Shown: piece by piece, positions 47,063 to 57,631 of the stretch
Layout: each line of letters starts with the position of its first letter
How positions within the stretch are numbered: the first letter of the stretch is position 1
Source: a virus
Length of the DNA: 64,000 bases
Virus record (IMG/VR): IMGVR_UViG_3300030329_004481
Reading direction: 5' to 3' (one strand)
Position numbers and translations under genes: made by a program
Notes under the pieces: generated by a model
Seen by the model: the letters and a program-made list of their open reading frames with translations, nothing else
What the model was told of the DNA's origin: nothing
The model's database searches: none

Positions 47063-48127
47063 TTACTCCAAGTTAAATTCAGTTTGTAATGATTCATTAT
47101 ATAAGTCTTTCATCAAAAAGTCAAGTTTTTCTTTATCGACCTCTGTTTCCAAGGCCTCAATGTACTTTGAGACTATTGACATAGTGTCTTCTGCGGACTC
47201 AATGTCTTCCATTCCTTCTTCCATGAAGATGTCAGAAAGATTGTCAACAACCATTACATTTATTGGATCACATTCTTCCACCTTTTGTACTAATCTTTCA
47301 AGTAGGTATGCATCACTTTTTTTCTCAACAACAATTTTAACATAACAACCTTTATAGTCTGAATAATCTTGATTAACAATATCTGTAAAGTCTTTATTTT
47401 CATCATTATAATAAATCTTTTTGTATATGACCCTTTCATTAGGAATAAATTCTAACTCTCTTGTTTCAGTATCAAAGATGTGAAATCCTTTTTTATCAGC
47501 ATAGTCTTGCCATGTTAATTCATAAGGGGTTCCAAGATAATAAACATTTCCATTGTCAGATTTATGATGAAAGTGTCCACTCAAAACAGTATCAAATTTT
47601 TTAAACATTTCTGTTTCCATACCATTATTACAATATGCTCCTTTGTACATTTCAAAACCATTAATTTCAAAATGACCAAACATTATTGATGAACTACTAT
47701 CCTTCATAGAATCTAAACACAATTGATAATTTTCAGAATTAATCCACGGCATGAATAAAATATTTAAACCATCAAATTCCATTTCACATGGTTCACCATA
47801 AACATTAAAATTATATTCTCTTAATAAGAGATCTGTGCTAGCAACATCATTTGTGTTTTTATAATATATGTCGTGATTACCCAAAATAAAATGACAGTTA
47901 AAGTTTTTGCATACATCAAAGAAGTCCTTTTTCCAAGTTGTTAAAGTGTGAAAGTTTATAAATTTTCTTCTATCAAATAAATCACCCAAATGAATGATTG
48001 TGTCTATTTCTCTTTCTTTTACTGTAGGGAAGAATTGATTTTTATAAAAATTTAAAAAATAATCATTGAATATTGTAGAGTCATTTCTTGCACCTGCATG
48101 TGTGTCAGTCAACAATGCTATTTGCAT
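47063..48127 (-). CDS. gp47: Recombination nuclease subunit (Mre11-like)
   Basis: TDTHAG, HLGDLFD, GNHD, FGHFE, SGHFH; start at MQIALL. Confidence 0.96.
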   Translation of the reverse strand: MQIALLTDTHAGARNDSTIFNDYFLNFYKNQFFPTVKEREIDTIIHLGDLFDRRKFINFHTLTTWKKDFFDVCKNFNCHFILGNHDIYYKNTNDVASTDLLLREYNFNVYGEPCEMEFDGLNILFMPWINSENYQLCLDSMKDSSSSIMFGHFEINGFEMYKGAYCNNGMETEMFKKFDTVLSGHFHHKSDNGNVYYLGTPYELTWQDYADKKGFHIFDTETRELEFIPNERVIYKKIYYNDENKDFTDIVNQDYSDYKGCYVKIVVEKKSDAYLLERLVQKVEECDPINVMVVDNLSDIFMEEGMEDIESAEDTMSIVSKYIEALETEVDKEKLDFLMKDLYNESLQTEFNLE

Positions 48128-48641
48128 TCTCTCTCCTTTTTGTTTTCTTCTTTTTATATTGCTCAAAACTTTCAATGAAATCATATATCTCAGAAAATTT
48201 ATCCATGGTAACTTGATCTGTTGCAGAAGTAACTTGATCTGCATCAACATAATCAACATTATCTTCTAAAAATCTATTCTTATCTATTGTTTTATATTTA
48301 ATATATAATTGCTTTTTTTCTTTTTGAATTCTTCTTAGAAAAGCATAATAGATAATTTGTGTAAAATATGAGAATGGGTTTTTAGATTTCTCTGGATCAA
48401 AGTTATTTACATATTGTAAACAGTTTTCAATACCATCAGAAATCATATCATCTTTAAATGCATAATTAATAAAATTAGGTCTATGTGATAGTCTTTCTGC
48501 TATTAACATAAAACACTCACCAATATAATCTGATAGGTCTGGTGGGGTTGTTCCAAGTTCAACAGACTTTAGGTATTTTTCTCTATGAATTTGTATTTCT
48601 TCAAAAAACCTTTGATTGTTAACATAATGTTTAGACGCCAT
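48105..48641 (-). CDS. gp55: Late transcription sigma factor
   Basis: HYVNN, YIGECF..IAERLS.RPNFINY, DMISDGIEN, NPFSYFTQI. Confidence 0.97.
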   Translation of the reverse strand: MASKHYVNNQRFFEEIQIHREKYLKSVELGTTPPDLSDYIGECFMLIAERLSHRPNFINYAFKDDMISDGIENCLQYVNNFDPEKSKNPFSYFTQIIYYAFLRRIQKEKKQLYIKYKTIDKNRFLEDNVDYVDADQVTSATDQVTMDKFSEIYDFIESFEQYKKKKTKRRENANSIVD

Positions 48642-48674
48642 GAATACTCCTTGTTATATTTTTTAATTAAGTAT

Positions 48675-48703
48675 AGTATATCATAGCAAATTAAAATAGT
48701 CAA
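48675..48703 (-). promoter_or_regulatory. Sigma70-type promoter for gp55 operon
   Basis: TTGACT-N17-TATACT. Confidence 0.8.
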
Positions 48704-48718
48704 GATTCTTATTTTAAC

Positions 48719-48746
48719 TTGACAATTAAAAATACTACGCTATAAT
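48719..48746 (+). promoter_or_regulatory. Divergent sigma70-type promoter firing antisense into uvsW
   Basis: TTGACA-N16-TATAAT on plus strand. Confidence 0.65.
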
Positions 48747-48753
48747 GTCAGTG

Positions 48754-50277
48754 TTATCCTTTGAAGTTGATATTACGTATCTTGTAAGGAAAGTTCTCTT
48801 CGTTGTATAATTGTATTCTGTCTTTTAAATGATTTAATGTATAGTTTGTTCTTTTCTTCCATGTTAAATCATCACTAATATCATATAAGGTTGCTATTTC
48901 TTTTGATTCACTTTTACGCAACCCCCTTCCAATAGATTGTAAATTCCTTATCCTTGATTTAGAAGGAGAAGCGAACACAATGTTATGGAGATTCCTAATA
49001 TTGATGCCAGTACTATATACACCATAACTTGCCACGATAATGGCGTTTTTTGATTGTTCTGTAATTCCTCTAAACTGCTCTCTTTGTTCTGTAGCAGTTC
49101 CTCCGTAAATAAAAAAGACTTTTCTATTATCATCACAACTCCCTTTAATCATCTGATATAGATCATTTCCATGTTCCACAAGAGAAAATAGAATTAAACT
49201 ATTTCCTTTTAGCGTCAATGCTAAATTCTTAATAAAAGTATTTCTATTTTCATTTGATGTAAGAAAATTCAATTCTTCTCTATATGTATGTTTTTTTACA
49301 GATTCACATATATCATCTGTATATTGAAGAACCAAAGATTCTATTTTGAAAGGTGATAGTATCTTTTTTTCTATGAGATCTTTAGTTGTTGTTGATCTAT
49401 AAACCTTTCCAAATAAACCCTCTAGTACTAATTTGTGTGTTTGTGTTCCATCTAATGTTCCTGTACAACCTATTCTATAATCAGCATTTATACACTTGGT
49501 CATTATACTTGTAAGAGATTTAGACTTAAATCCATGTGCTTCATCTCCAAACACTGCATCAAATTGGGAAAAGTAATTTTCCTTCATTTTATATATACTC
49601 TGCCAAGTAGAGATGATGATAGGTTTTTCTGATACTTTATCTTGACCCGCATATACTACATGACAATTTTCTTTATTTGACCAACCATTGTTTTTAGAGT
49701 AGTCTCCAAAATCAGTATACATTTGAGATGTTAATGATGTTGTGGGTACAACTAATAATATTTTTTGTTTATCTAATACGTCTTGAAGATATCTAATGAG
49801 AAGATATAGTATAAATGATTTACCAGAAGCAGTTGGTGAAACTAATAACATTCTTTTAAAAATTACACCTGTTCTCATTGCATCAAATTGATAATCATGA
49901 GGATCAAAAGGAAGATTTAAATTTATAACATAATCAAATAAATCTTCATCAGATACTTTAATATATTCTTGTATTTGACTGACATATGGATAATTTCTTT
50001 TTTTAGCAAATGATTCAACATATGGAAGCAACCCATAATATAATTTTTGATCATAAGCACTAAACAGTCTTATCTTACCATCCCATAGTTTATTTCTAAA
50101 CGCTGGCATGAACTGAAACCCTGGAACACTAAACGTAAAGTAATCTGTCAATTCTTGTAAAACTGATGGATTTGATTTTACTCTAATGTACGCTTCATTT
50201 ATTTTTGATATGAATATGGTGTCAACATTATCCCTTAGTTGGTTCACCACCTTTGAACTTATGCCACTCGATTGCAT
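48754..50277 (-). CDS. uvsW: UvsW SF2 helicase
   Basis: WDGKIRLF, SPTASGKS, GDEAH, TGTL, LQSIGRGLR; exact start uncertain. Confidence 0.96.
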   Translation of the reverse strand: MQSSGISSKVVNQLRDNVDTIFISKINEAYIRVKSNPSVLQELTDYFTFSVPGFQFMPAFRNKLWDGKIRLFSAYDQKLYYGLLPYVESFAKKRNYPYVSQIQEYIKVSDEDLFDYVINLNLPFDPHDYQFDAMRTGVIFKRMLLVSPTASGKSFILYLLIRYLQDVLDKQKILLVVPTTSLTSQMYTDFGDYSKNNGWSNKENCHVVYAGQDKVSEKPIIISTWQSIYKMKENYFSQFDAVFGDEAHGFKSKSLTSIMTKCINADYRIGCTGTLDGTQTHKLVLEGLFGKVYRSTTTKDLIEKKILSPFKIESLVLQYTDDICESVKKHTYREELNFLTSNENRNTFIKNLALTLKGNSLILFSLVEHGNDLYQMIKGSCDDNRKVFFIYGGTATEQREQFRGITEQSKNAIIVASYGVYSTGINIRNLHNIVFASPSKSRIRNLQSIGRGLRKSESKEIATLYDISDDLTWKKRTNYTLNHLKDRIQLYNEENFPYKIRNINFKG

Positions 50278-50665
50278 TCCTAATATTCCATGTCCTTTGA
50301 GACAATTCTTTTATTATTGCTTCAATGTATTTTACTTTTTGTTCTTGTAATAAGATTTTTGATTTCACTTCTTGGTATTTTTCATCACCATCTATAAAAG
50401 CATTTATGTCGTCTTTATGTTTTAATTTAGCATTAAAAACTTCATTACTATTTTCATCTATACTTATACCATTATAATATGCCCATAATTTTTTTCTTTG
50501 GATTGTTACTTGTGATTCCAAATATTTTAAAGATAGAATTTCTACATTGAGTAGTTTCCAATATTTGTTATGTAACTCTGGTATTTTTAAGGATTCAGAA
50601 TCTAAATCATATGGATCAATCTTAGAGTCATTATCCCATAACCCTTCAATATCTTCAATTTTCAT
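50228..50665 (-). CDS. uvsY: Recombination mediator UvsY
   Basis: WDNDSKID...ESLKIPELHNKY, YYNG, IRNAIEW; synteny with uvsW. Confidence 0.9.
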   Translation of the reverse strand: MKIEDIEGLWDNDSKIDPYDLDSESLKIPELHNKYWKLLNVEILSLKYLESQVTIQRKKLWAYYNGISIDENSNEVFNAKLKHKDDINAFIDGDEKYQEVKSKILLQEQKVKYIEAIIKELSQRTWNIRNAIEWHKFKGGEPTKG

Positions 50666-50672
50666 AATGTAA

Positions 50673-51209
50673 TTAATCGTTAAGTGTTTCTATATCAAAT
50701 GACCTATATGTGAATGTTGCATCAGCTTGTAAATATTGAATGTCTTCATTATTAGTATCAAATGTCAAGCTAGTTAATTGTGTGGGAAAAGCATCTTTAA
50801 AAGTAAATTTTAAATTTGCTGTTGATGCTCCTGATAAAATTAACAGTACCGCATCAGATATTACACCACTCTCTGGACCAAGATTTTGTGGATCACTTTT
50901 TTGTACTTCTTTATACTGATCAAAGTTGTCTGGAAAACCTAAACCTTTCATCCATTCAAATATTTCAATATAATTTTTCATATCTTCATCAATAATAAAT
51001 CTTATTAATAATTCTTGAAACTCTATTCTATCACCTGGTAATGGTATAGCAGTGAATGGAGTTTGTACTGGTATTCCTTGTAAACTAATACCTGGAAGTG
51101 TTACACCTTGACAAAAGTATTCTACATTAGGTAGTTTGTTAACGGCAAACTGAAACCCAACGGGAGAAAGGTAACTGAAATTATCTGGTGTATATTTTAA
51201 CTTTGCCAT
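50673..51209 (-). CDS. gp3: Tail completion/sheath stabiliser (gp3-like)
   Basis: YLSPVGFQF, PNVEYFCQ..LPG, FIIDEDMKNY, SDAVL, DAFP; CTAAATA at 51218-51224. Confidence 0.85.
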   Translation of the reverse strand: MAKLKYTPDNFSYLSPVGFQFAVNKLPNVEYFCQGVTLPGISLQGIPVQTPFTAIPLPGDRIEFQELLIRFIIDEDMKNYIEIFEWMKGLGFPDNFDQYKEVQKSDPQNLGPESGVISDAVLLILSGASTANLKFTFKDAFPTQLTSLTFDTNNEDIQYLQADATFTYRSFDIETLND

Positions 51210-51232
51210 ATTATAATTATTTAGGTAGGCAT

Positions 51233-51270
51233 AAAAAAAGGAGAGCCCCAAGAAAAATAGGCTCTCCTTT
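51233..51270 (-). terminator. Rho-independent terminator after gp23
   Basis: AAAGGAGAGCC...GGCTCTCCTTT plus T-run. Confidence 0.88.
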
Positions 51271-51281
51271 GCAAATCAAGA

Positions 51282-52637
51282 TTACATCAAGTTTGTAATC
51301 TTAACCATTCTGTAGTACACATTTTGGTTAGTAGCACCAAGTGTACCATCGATGTCAATTGCACCACTTGCAGCGGATGTAGCGAAAGGATTAGCTACCA
51401 TGCCATAACGAGTTTTAAACCCGATTCTTGGCTGGAAGTTATCTTCACCAATTGCTCTTACCATTTGCAACGGAACATAAGGACAATAGAAAATACCCGC
51501 ATCGTATGGGCTTGATCCTTTGTAACCTACAATCATGTAGTTTGTTGTAGCATTTGCAGCAAATGGATCAATGTAAACACGATAGCGACCGTTAAGAACA
51601 CCAGCAAAAGTATTACCAGTATCATCAACATTAATTCCGGTTTGGAGAGCTGGTGTGTAATCAAGTACTCCAGCCATCTGAAGTGCGGACGCAACGTCTG
51701 AAGAACAGATAATCATATTACCTTTTCCTCTACGTGTATCTTTTGCGATCGCATTAGCTTCACGTTCGATTTGGAACATCAAACCTTTGAATTTTTCTAC
51801 TGACCATCTACCATTAGAATCTGTATCAAGATCAAAAGTACCACCAGATGTTGTACCATACTCAGCTCCAGGCTTAGCGGAAGCACCAATTGATCTTACA
51901 ACTTCTCTGTTGATCTCAGCAAGAATTTCAGCGGAAAGAATATTAGCCAATTCTGTCTCAGCATCCAACCCATGGATAGCTTTCAAGTCTTGAGCCAATT
52001 CCATTGAATATGCACCTTTGAGTGCTCTACTCATTGCTGTTACAGTGACCTTCTCAATTGAGAAAGACATTTCTGGGAATCCATCACCATTAACTTGAGG
52101 ATCATTAGCACCTCTAAGTTCAGCGTTTTGCCTTGACATACCGCCATAGGTCATGTATCCACTTTCAGCAGGATTAGCACCTGTCTGTGTATTTTCTGCA
52201 TTTGTATTAGCAGAAGCGAATGAAGTGTTAGCTTCATTAAAGAGAGCTTCATCACCTGGGTGAGTGCTAGATCCACTATAAGCACCATAACGTGCTCTCA
52301 TAGCGAAAATAAGTCCAGTAGGACCTGTCATTGGTTGAACACCGCAGATGTCATAAGCAACCAAGTTTGGCATCGCACGTCTTACGAGTGAGATTAAAAC
52401 TGGATCGTAGATATCTACAGGACCATTACCAGCAGTAGAATTAGATCCGGCCATATACATTCCAGGACCAGACTCATTCAAGAGTCCCATTCCACCATTT
52501 TGTTCTCTCAAAGATCTCTCCTGATTCTCCAAGATAACTGCAGTTACCTGCTTTTTATATGGGTCTTTGATTTCATCCAACTCTGGATGATTGATCACAG
52601 GAGCCCACTTTTTTTGAATTTCTTCAGCGATATACAT
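51282..52637 (-). CDS. gp23: Major capsid protein
   Basis: KWAPV, LENQ, LVRRAMPNL, GVQPMTGPTG, ELAQDLKAIHG, FQPRIGFKTRYG. Confidence 0.99.
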   Translation of the reverse strand: MYIAEEIQKKWAPVINHPELDEIKDPYKKQVTAVILENQERSLREQNGGMGLLNESGPGMYMAGSNSTAGNGPVDIYDPVLISLVRRAMPNLVAYDICGVQPMTGPTGLIFAMRARYGAYSGSSTHPGDEALFNEANTSFASANTNAENTQTGANPAESGYMTYGGMSRQNAELRGANDPQVNGDGFPEMSFSIEKVTVTAMSRALKGAYSMELAQDLKAIHGLDAETELANILSAEILAEINREVVRSIGASAKPGAEYGTTSGGTFDLDTDSNGRWSVEKFKGLMFQIEREANAIAKDTRRGKGNMIICSSDVASALQMAGVLDYTPALQTGINVDDTGNTFAGVLNGRYRVYIDPFAANATTNYMIVGYKGSSPYDAGIFYCPYVPLQMVRAIGEDNFQPRIGFKTRYGMVANPFATSAASGAIDIDGTLGATNQNVYYRMVKITNLM

Positions 52638-52658
52638 TTTATCTCCTAAAGTTTGTTA

Positions 52659-53912
52659 TTACTTATTTGTTCTACCCAACATATCAAGATACGCTTGCAT
52701 TGAAGACTCTCTTGATTCTGCTTGAACATTTTCAATTTCTTCATTCAATTCCTCAGGTGTTGATGTTGTTTCTTCAACTACATCTTCACTCTGAACCACG
52801 TCTGTTTGTGGAAAATAAGATTCCTTCAACATATTTAATTTAGCTTTGAATTGTTCTTCATTTTCAAACTCAACACCTTCAGACAAATCTGAAATTTTTT
52901 GTTTTTGTGTATCTGCGAGATCTACACAAACATCATTAATCAAAGATTCTTTTGTTGATTCTTTGAGATTAGTTTTCAATTCTACATTCTTTTCAATTTG
53001 CTCATTTAATTTGCCTTCAAGTTCTTCGACCTTCTCAAACAAATCATCTACAATATCAATTTTTTCTTCTGGAACATCAATATAATGTTCTTTGAAAAGA
53101 TTTCTCAATCCATTCATGAAGTCCTCAGTCAATTCGTTTCTGATACCTTTTTCAATTGCAAGTTCATTCTCTTTCATCCATTCTTCGACAACATAGTTAA
53201 GATAGTTGTCTACCTTTTCAACCATTTCTGCTTGAAAGTTCTTTGTGGATTGTTCAATTTCTTCAAGGTATTCTTCCTCAATTTGTGTCACTCTTTTGTT
53301 GACTTCTTCAACAACTTTTGACTTAACTGCGGCCTCAAAAATTCCTTTTGCTTTTTCTTTAAAATCTTCAGAAAGTTCTTCACCAGCAATAGCTTGAATG
53401 TCAGACTCAGTGTCCAATTCAATCTCATCAGCTGTTAAGTCTTTTCTTGAGTAAAGAATTTTTTCTTGTGCTTCGGCAACAACTTCTTCATCAGAAGTTT
53501 CTTTATTCAATTCTTGTAGATCAAGTTCTACAACATCTTGAATAAGTCCGAATTTTTCTGAAAGTTCATCTTTTGACATAGTTTTCATCATGTCATAAAT
53601 TTGAGCAACCATTCCATTTTTTGTAAGGGATTTTGAAATGGTTTCAGTTGCTTCTTCTTCAGAAATTTCTTCTCCGTCCTGCTCTGATTGCTCATGAGCT
53701 GGTTTAACTGAACTTCCTTGAGTTGGTTGAGAACTGTCACCCGCAGACTTGTCTGCTTTTCTAGCTGGTGCTTTTTTAGTTCCTGGTTCCAACTTACTAG
53801 CTTTTCCAGTATTAGGATCATCCCCACCTAAATCTGATACCCCTGCAGGAGCTTCATTTAGCTCATCCGAGGGAGCTTGTTCAGTTACTTCTTGTTCTTG
53901 ATCATTTAACAT
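52659..53912 (-). CDS. gp22: Prohead core scaffold
   Basis: Glu-rich; LSEDFKEKA..IFEAAV, VDNYLNYVVEEW, LKESYF. Confidence 0.93.
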   Translation of the reverse strand: MLNDQEQEVTEQAPSDELNEAPAGVSDLGGDDPNTGKASKLEPGTKKAPARKADKSAGDSSQPTQGSSVKPAHEQSEQDGEEISEEEATETISKSLTKNGMVAQIYDMMKTMSKDELSEKFGLIQDVVELDLQELNKETSDEEVVAEAQEKILYSRKDLTADEIELDTESDIQAIAGEELSEDFKEKAKGIFEAAVKSKVVEEVNKRVTQIEEEYLEEIEQSTKNFQAEMVEKVDNYLNYVVEEWMKENELAIEKGIRNELTEDFMNGLRNLFKEHYIDVPEEKIDIVDDLFEKVEELEGKLNEQIEKNVELKTNLKESTKESLINDVCVDLADTQKQKISDLSEGVEFENEEQFKAKLNMLKESYFPQTDVVQSEDVVEETTSTPEELNEEIENVQAESRESSMQAYLDMLGRTNK

Positions 53913-53958
53913 AGTTCGCTCCTACTTTGTTATACAAATAAAAATTGCGTATTAATAT

Positions 53959-53976
53959 TATTTATAATTATTTATA
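53959..53976 (-). promoter_or_regulatory. Tandem late promoters upstream of gp22/gp23
   Basis: TATAAATA at 53959-53966 and 53969-53976. Confidence 0.7.
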
Positions 53977-54619
53977 GTTTAGAAATAAAATCTCTAAACG
54001 CATTTAATTTAGATTCTTCTAAATGAATCATTGACGCTTTCTTAATACTTTTCATATATTTATTTATTTCAGTTTCTTTAATTATTCCATTATCCCAAAT
54101 CCATTCTTTACCTTCCATAATACCTTCTACAAAAGCATTTGGAGCAGATGGATCTGCAACAATGTCTGCAGCAGTTGAAAGATAAAAATCATTTCCTACC
54201 ACGTTACCATTCTTAGATGGTGTCAAAGAACCCATTCCTCTAGATGATACTCCTAGAGTAGCACCCGCATTAATTAGTTCTCTAACAATGTTACCATTTG
54301 GTGTACCTAATATCTTAGCTTCACCAATAAAGTCATTACCTTCTTTTGTTAAGTTGGTAATCATATGTGAAACTCTATCAAGATTTACAGTTGGTCCGTC
54401 TGGATGTCCAAGCTCACCAAATGCTCTATTCTTAGTTACATATTCTTTATTATATCTTTTAACTTCATTTTCCAAAACAGGCAAAGGATAAGTTCTTTTG
54501 TTTCTATTCATTTGTTCCGCTTGCATAAAAATGCCACGAATTTTATAACTTGTTTTACCGTCTTTACCTTCTTCAGAAATATATTCTAAGTGTTCTGACA
54601 TTTCTGTAATTAACTTCAT
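53972..54619 (-). CDS. gp21: Prohead protease
   Basis: MKLITE, AFGELGHP, VSH, GVSSRGMGS, DIVADPSAP. Confidence 0.98.
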   Translation of the reverse strand: MKLITEMSEHLEYISEEGKDGKTSYKIRGIFMQAEQMNRNKRTYPLPVLENEVKRYNKEYVTKNRAFGELGHPDGPTVNLDRVSHMITNLTKEGNDFIGEAKILGTPNGNIVRELINAGATLGVSSRGMGSLTPSKNGNVVGNDFYLSTAADIVADPSAPNAFVEGIMEGKEWIWDNGIIKETEINKYMKSIKKASMIHLEESKLNAFRDFISKL

Positions 54620-55026
54620 TTCTTTGCCCTCATTTTTGAGATTCTATCTTTACGTTTTGAAATCAGATCCCTATACATTTTGCCTCCAGGTCTAGTAAAA
54701 GCGGACATCTTGGCTTTTTGTGCGGGAGTATTTTTTAACCTATCAACCATTTTTTCTATTTGTGCTTTTGCTCCAGGACTTTGTTTTTGTAATTTAGAAG
54801 CACTTAAATCTTTTCTCACTCTTAATTTAAGAGCAGTCAAAAATTTTCTTCTTGCTTGTTTTCTAAGTGCTTCTTTACCGCCTGTAGGTATTGCTCTATT
54901 TTTATTTCTTCTCAACCCCGCAATCCTTTTAGGTTTTGAGCGTTGAAAGTGAATCTTTCTTTTAAATCTTTGTGTAGCTGTTAAAGCTTCTTCTAGTTCT
55001 AATTTGAAAGATTGAAATGTTTTCAT
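54616..55026 (-). CDS. Basic prohead core protein (gp68 position)
   Basis: Synteny; very K/R-rich; N-terminus MKTFQSFKLE. Confidence 0.65.
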   Translation of the reverse strand: MKTFQSFKLELEEALTATQRFKRKIHFQRSKPKRIAGLRRNKNRAIPTGGKEALRKQARRKFLTALKLRVRKDLSASKLQKQSPGAKAQIEKMVDRLKNTPAQKAKMSAFTRPGGKMYRDLISKRKDRISKMRAKK

Positions 55027-55391
55027 GCAGATACCGATTGTGGAGCATTCAAAACTTCGCCAGTAGGTTGTCCTGTTACTGGGTCCATTACTTGAATTAC
55101 ACTGTCAGGTTGAACTGGTTCTTGTATTTCTGGTTCTTGATTACTCATCTGATCAATTACTTCACCAGTGGGTTGACCATTTGTAGGATCTACTACTTGC
55201 ATTTCCTGTTCTGGTTGTTCACCATCAACAGGTGCATCTTTAAACAATGTCTGTGCTATTTCAGCTTTTCTTACTTCTAACTCATCCATTGATCTTTTAC
55301 TAAGAAGACCAAGAACACTTTCCCTGGCTCTATTATTGTCTCCTGTCATAATTGCGGAAACTACGTCACTTGTACTAAATTCATTATCCAT
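55023..55391 (-). CDS. Acidic prohead core protein (gp67 position)
   Basis: Synteny after portal; internal repeat QVVDPTNGQPTGEV / QVMDPVTGQPTGEV. Confidence 0.65.
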   Translation of the reverse strand: MDNEFSTSDVVSAIMTGDNNRARESVLGLLSKRSMDELEVRKAEIAQTLFKDAPVDGEQPEQEMQVVDPTNGQPTGEVIDQMSNQEPEIQEPVQPDSVIQVMDPVTGQPTGEVLNAPQSVSA

Positions 55392-55405
55392 TAAATCTCC
55401 TTTTA

Positions 55406-56989
55406 TTAATATTGACCAAATCCACCTGATTGTTGGTCATCTGTCTGATTATATTTAGGATCATTTTGCTCTTGAGACATTTCTGAATCAAGTCTATCCT
55501 GTTCTTCCTCAGTTTGTCTTAGAATCTTATTTCTAACAAACTTATGTGAATAATATTTTCCAGCATATTCATCCATATCTCTAAGAAGGTTTGCTCTATT
55601 TTGTAATAACTCTGATTCTTTTAATTCAGAGAAATGAGAATCTTTTTCAAATTGATAATGAATTCCCTCTTTTATTTTAGCCCAATCTTCTTTAGCGATA
55701 ACTGTTTTTAATCTTAATTGTTTTTCTAAAAGATTATCAAACAATGTAGTGAATTTTTTTCTAAGTCTTTCAATGAATCTTGTGAACTTTAATTCATCTC
55801 TAGTAATTTCTGTTGCTCTACCTAAAGTAAAACTAGCATCAGTTTCTAATCTAGATATTGGCACATTTAATGCTTTGTATAGTTTTCTTTGAAAGTATTC
55901 AATATCTTCAATTTCACCAAGATTTTGACCACCAGGTAAAGTTGTAATTTCTGTTCCTCTACCACCTTCACGTCTTGGAAGCCAGTAGTCTTCTAACATG
56001 GTCATTACTTTTCTATCATCTCTAACTTCACCAGTTTCAGCATTATAAATTAATTTATTTTTATAGCGCTGCATAATATCTCTAAGATACTGTTCTGCTT
56101 TCATTTTTGGTAAGTTACCAACATCAATATAAAATATTCTTCTTTCAGGTGCTCTTGAAATTCTGTAAATAACAAGTGAGTCTTCAATCATTCTTAATTG
56201 ATTGAGAGGTTTAATTGCTTTATGTAAATGTGATATAACCATTTTTCTTCCTGCATTGGTTACACCAGATCCCGCATAAGCAACCATATCAGGTGCTATT
56301 CTAATTTGTTTTCTTGTATAGTCACTACCATTAACTGGCATTCCACCTTTAGAATCTTGTATTTGTGGTTTTTCACTATACAAATAATATTCATAATATT
56401 CACCAGACAAATCTCTTTTTACTGAAGCACCATCTGGTACTCTTTGATCTTTACCTCTTTTCTCTCTAACTTTTCTTATTTTTAAAGGATCAACATATCT
56501 TAATTCTTGTAATCCTGCAGTTGGTTCATCAGGATTAATAACACATTGATAATATATTCTACCATCAATGTACCATTTTCTAAAAATATCATATCCATTA
56601 TTGTCAAAATCAAGAAGTCTCATTATTTCATTAAATTCAACAATAATTCTATCTTTAATTTTTGAAGATAAATTTAAACCTTCTAAAGAAATAGAAACTG
56701 GTGGAACTTCTCTGCCTGTGATAATTGATTCATTAATAATATCATCAATAGCCATGTCAACTTCAGGTTGTAGAGTCATAGTTCTGTATCTATTAATTAG
56801 ATCAGACTCATTTTTTGCAGTACCTTCCATATCAATGTAAGTACCATACGCTCCACCCGCTGACATTCCAAGAGATGATGCTACATCATAAGTGCCTTCT
56901 AAATCATCTGGTTTAGCAAAAGCTAAAACAGGTTGATCAGGTTCATCAGGTTTTCCAATTTTAAATCCAAATAAATTTATTTGTGCCAT
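55406..56989 (-). CDS. gp20: Portal vertex protein
   Basis: LFGF, WYIDGR, IYRISRAPERRIFYIDVGN, EDYWLPRREG, EITRDELKF. Confidence 0.99.
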   Translation of the reverse strand: MAQINLFGFKIGKPDEPDQPVLAFAKPDDLEGTYDVASSLGMSAGGAYGTYIDMEGTAKNESDLINRYRTMTLQPEVDMAIDDIINESIITGREVPPVSISLEGLNLSSKIKDRIIVEFNEIMRLLDFDNNGYDIFRKWYIDGRIYYQCVINPDEPTAGLQELRYVDPLKIRKVREKRGKDQRVPDGASVKRDLSGEYYEYYLYSEKPQIQDSKGGMPVNGSDYTRKQIRIAPDMVAYAGSGVTNAGRKMVISHLHKAIKPLNQLRMIEDSLVIYRISRAPERRIFYIDVGNLPKMKAEQYLRDIMQRYKNKLIYNAETGEVRDDRKVMTMLEDYWLPRREGGRGTEITTLPGGQNLGEIEDIEYFQRKLYKALNVPISRLETDASFTLGRATEITRDELKFTRFIERLRKKFTTLFDNLLEKQLRLKTVIAKEDWAKIKEGIHYQFEKDSHFSELKESELLQNRANLLRDMDEYAGKYYSHKFVRNKILRQTEEEQDRLDSEMSQEQNDPKYNQTDDQQSGGFGQY

Positions 56990-56998
56990 AATATATTC

Positions 56999-57619
56999 CT
57001 AGCCAGAGTTATTGTTAGTAGGTTGAATAGATTCAATTACTGTACTTTTTGGGTTTATAGTATCTGTATCAGGAGTTGATCTTCTATAATTAGTATTCAT
57101 ATACTGATAATCAAAAGTACAAGTAAATTCCTCTATCGCACTTGACGCATCCCATGAAACAGCTATATCTGTTAACGTCACTGGGAAAAGTCCATATAAT
57201 ATATATGACTTAATTAAATTACCATTTTTTGAATATTGATTAACTGTTGCTTCTGAAAGGTAATCAAGTTTTGCAGGATTATTTTTAGATATTTTTTCTG
57301 TTCCTAATTTTTCAAAACCACTAACGTGATCAGCCCATCTTTCTAATCCATTTCTCAATTCAAAATCCTCATCATTTATAAATGTACAAGTCCATTGTGG
57401 ATAAGTTCTTTCACCAGCAAATTTAAATCCTCTACCAAGAAATGATACATTCATTGATGTTGTAATTGAAGCTGGAAGAAAGGTACTTTTTGCAGTCCAA
57501 GATGTCTTTTTTAATTCAACTGGTATGGGCGAAGGAAACTTTAATTGTACATCAAATAAAGCGGCCCTCGCGCCACCATGTTCTAACGCTTGCGTTTTGA
57601 ATTCTTCTATGCTGAACAT
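56999..57619 (-). CDS. gp19: Tail tube protein paralogue 3
   Basis: GGARAALF, FLGR..KFAGERTY..WT.TFINDEDF, LFP, IEEFTCTF.Y. Confidence 0.88.
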   Translation of the reverse strand: MFSIEEFKTQALEHGGARAALFDVQLKFPSPIPVELKKTSWTAKSTFLPASITTSMNVSFLGRGFKFAGERTYPQWTCTFINDEDFELRNGLERWADHVSGFEKLGTEKISKNNPAKLDYLSEATVNQYSKNGNLIKSYILYGLFPVTLTDIAVSWDASSAIEEFTCTFDYQYMNTNYRRSTPDTDTINPKSTVIESIQPTNNNSG

Positions 57620-57631
57620 TAAATAAAACCA

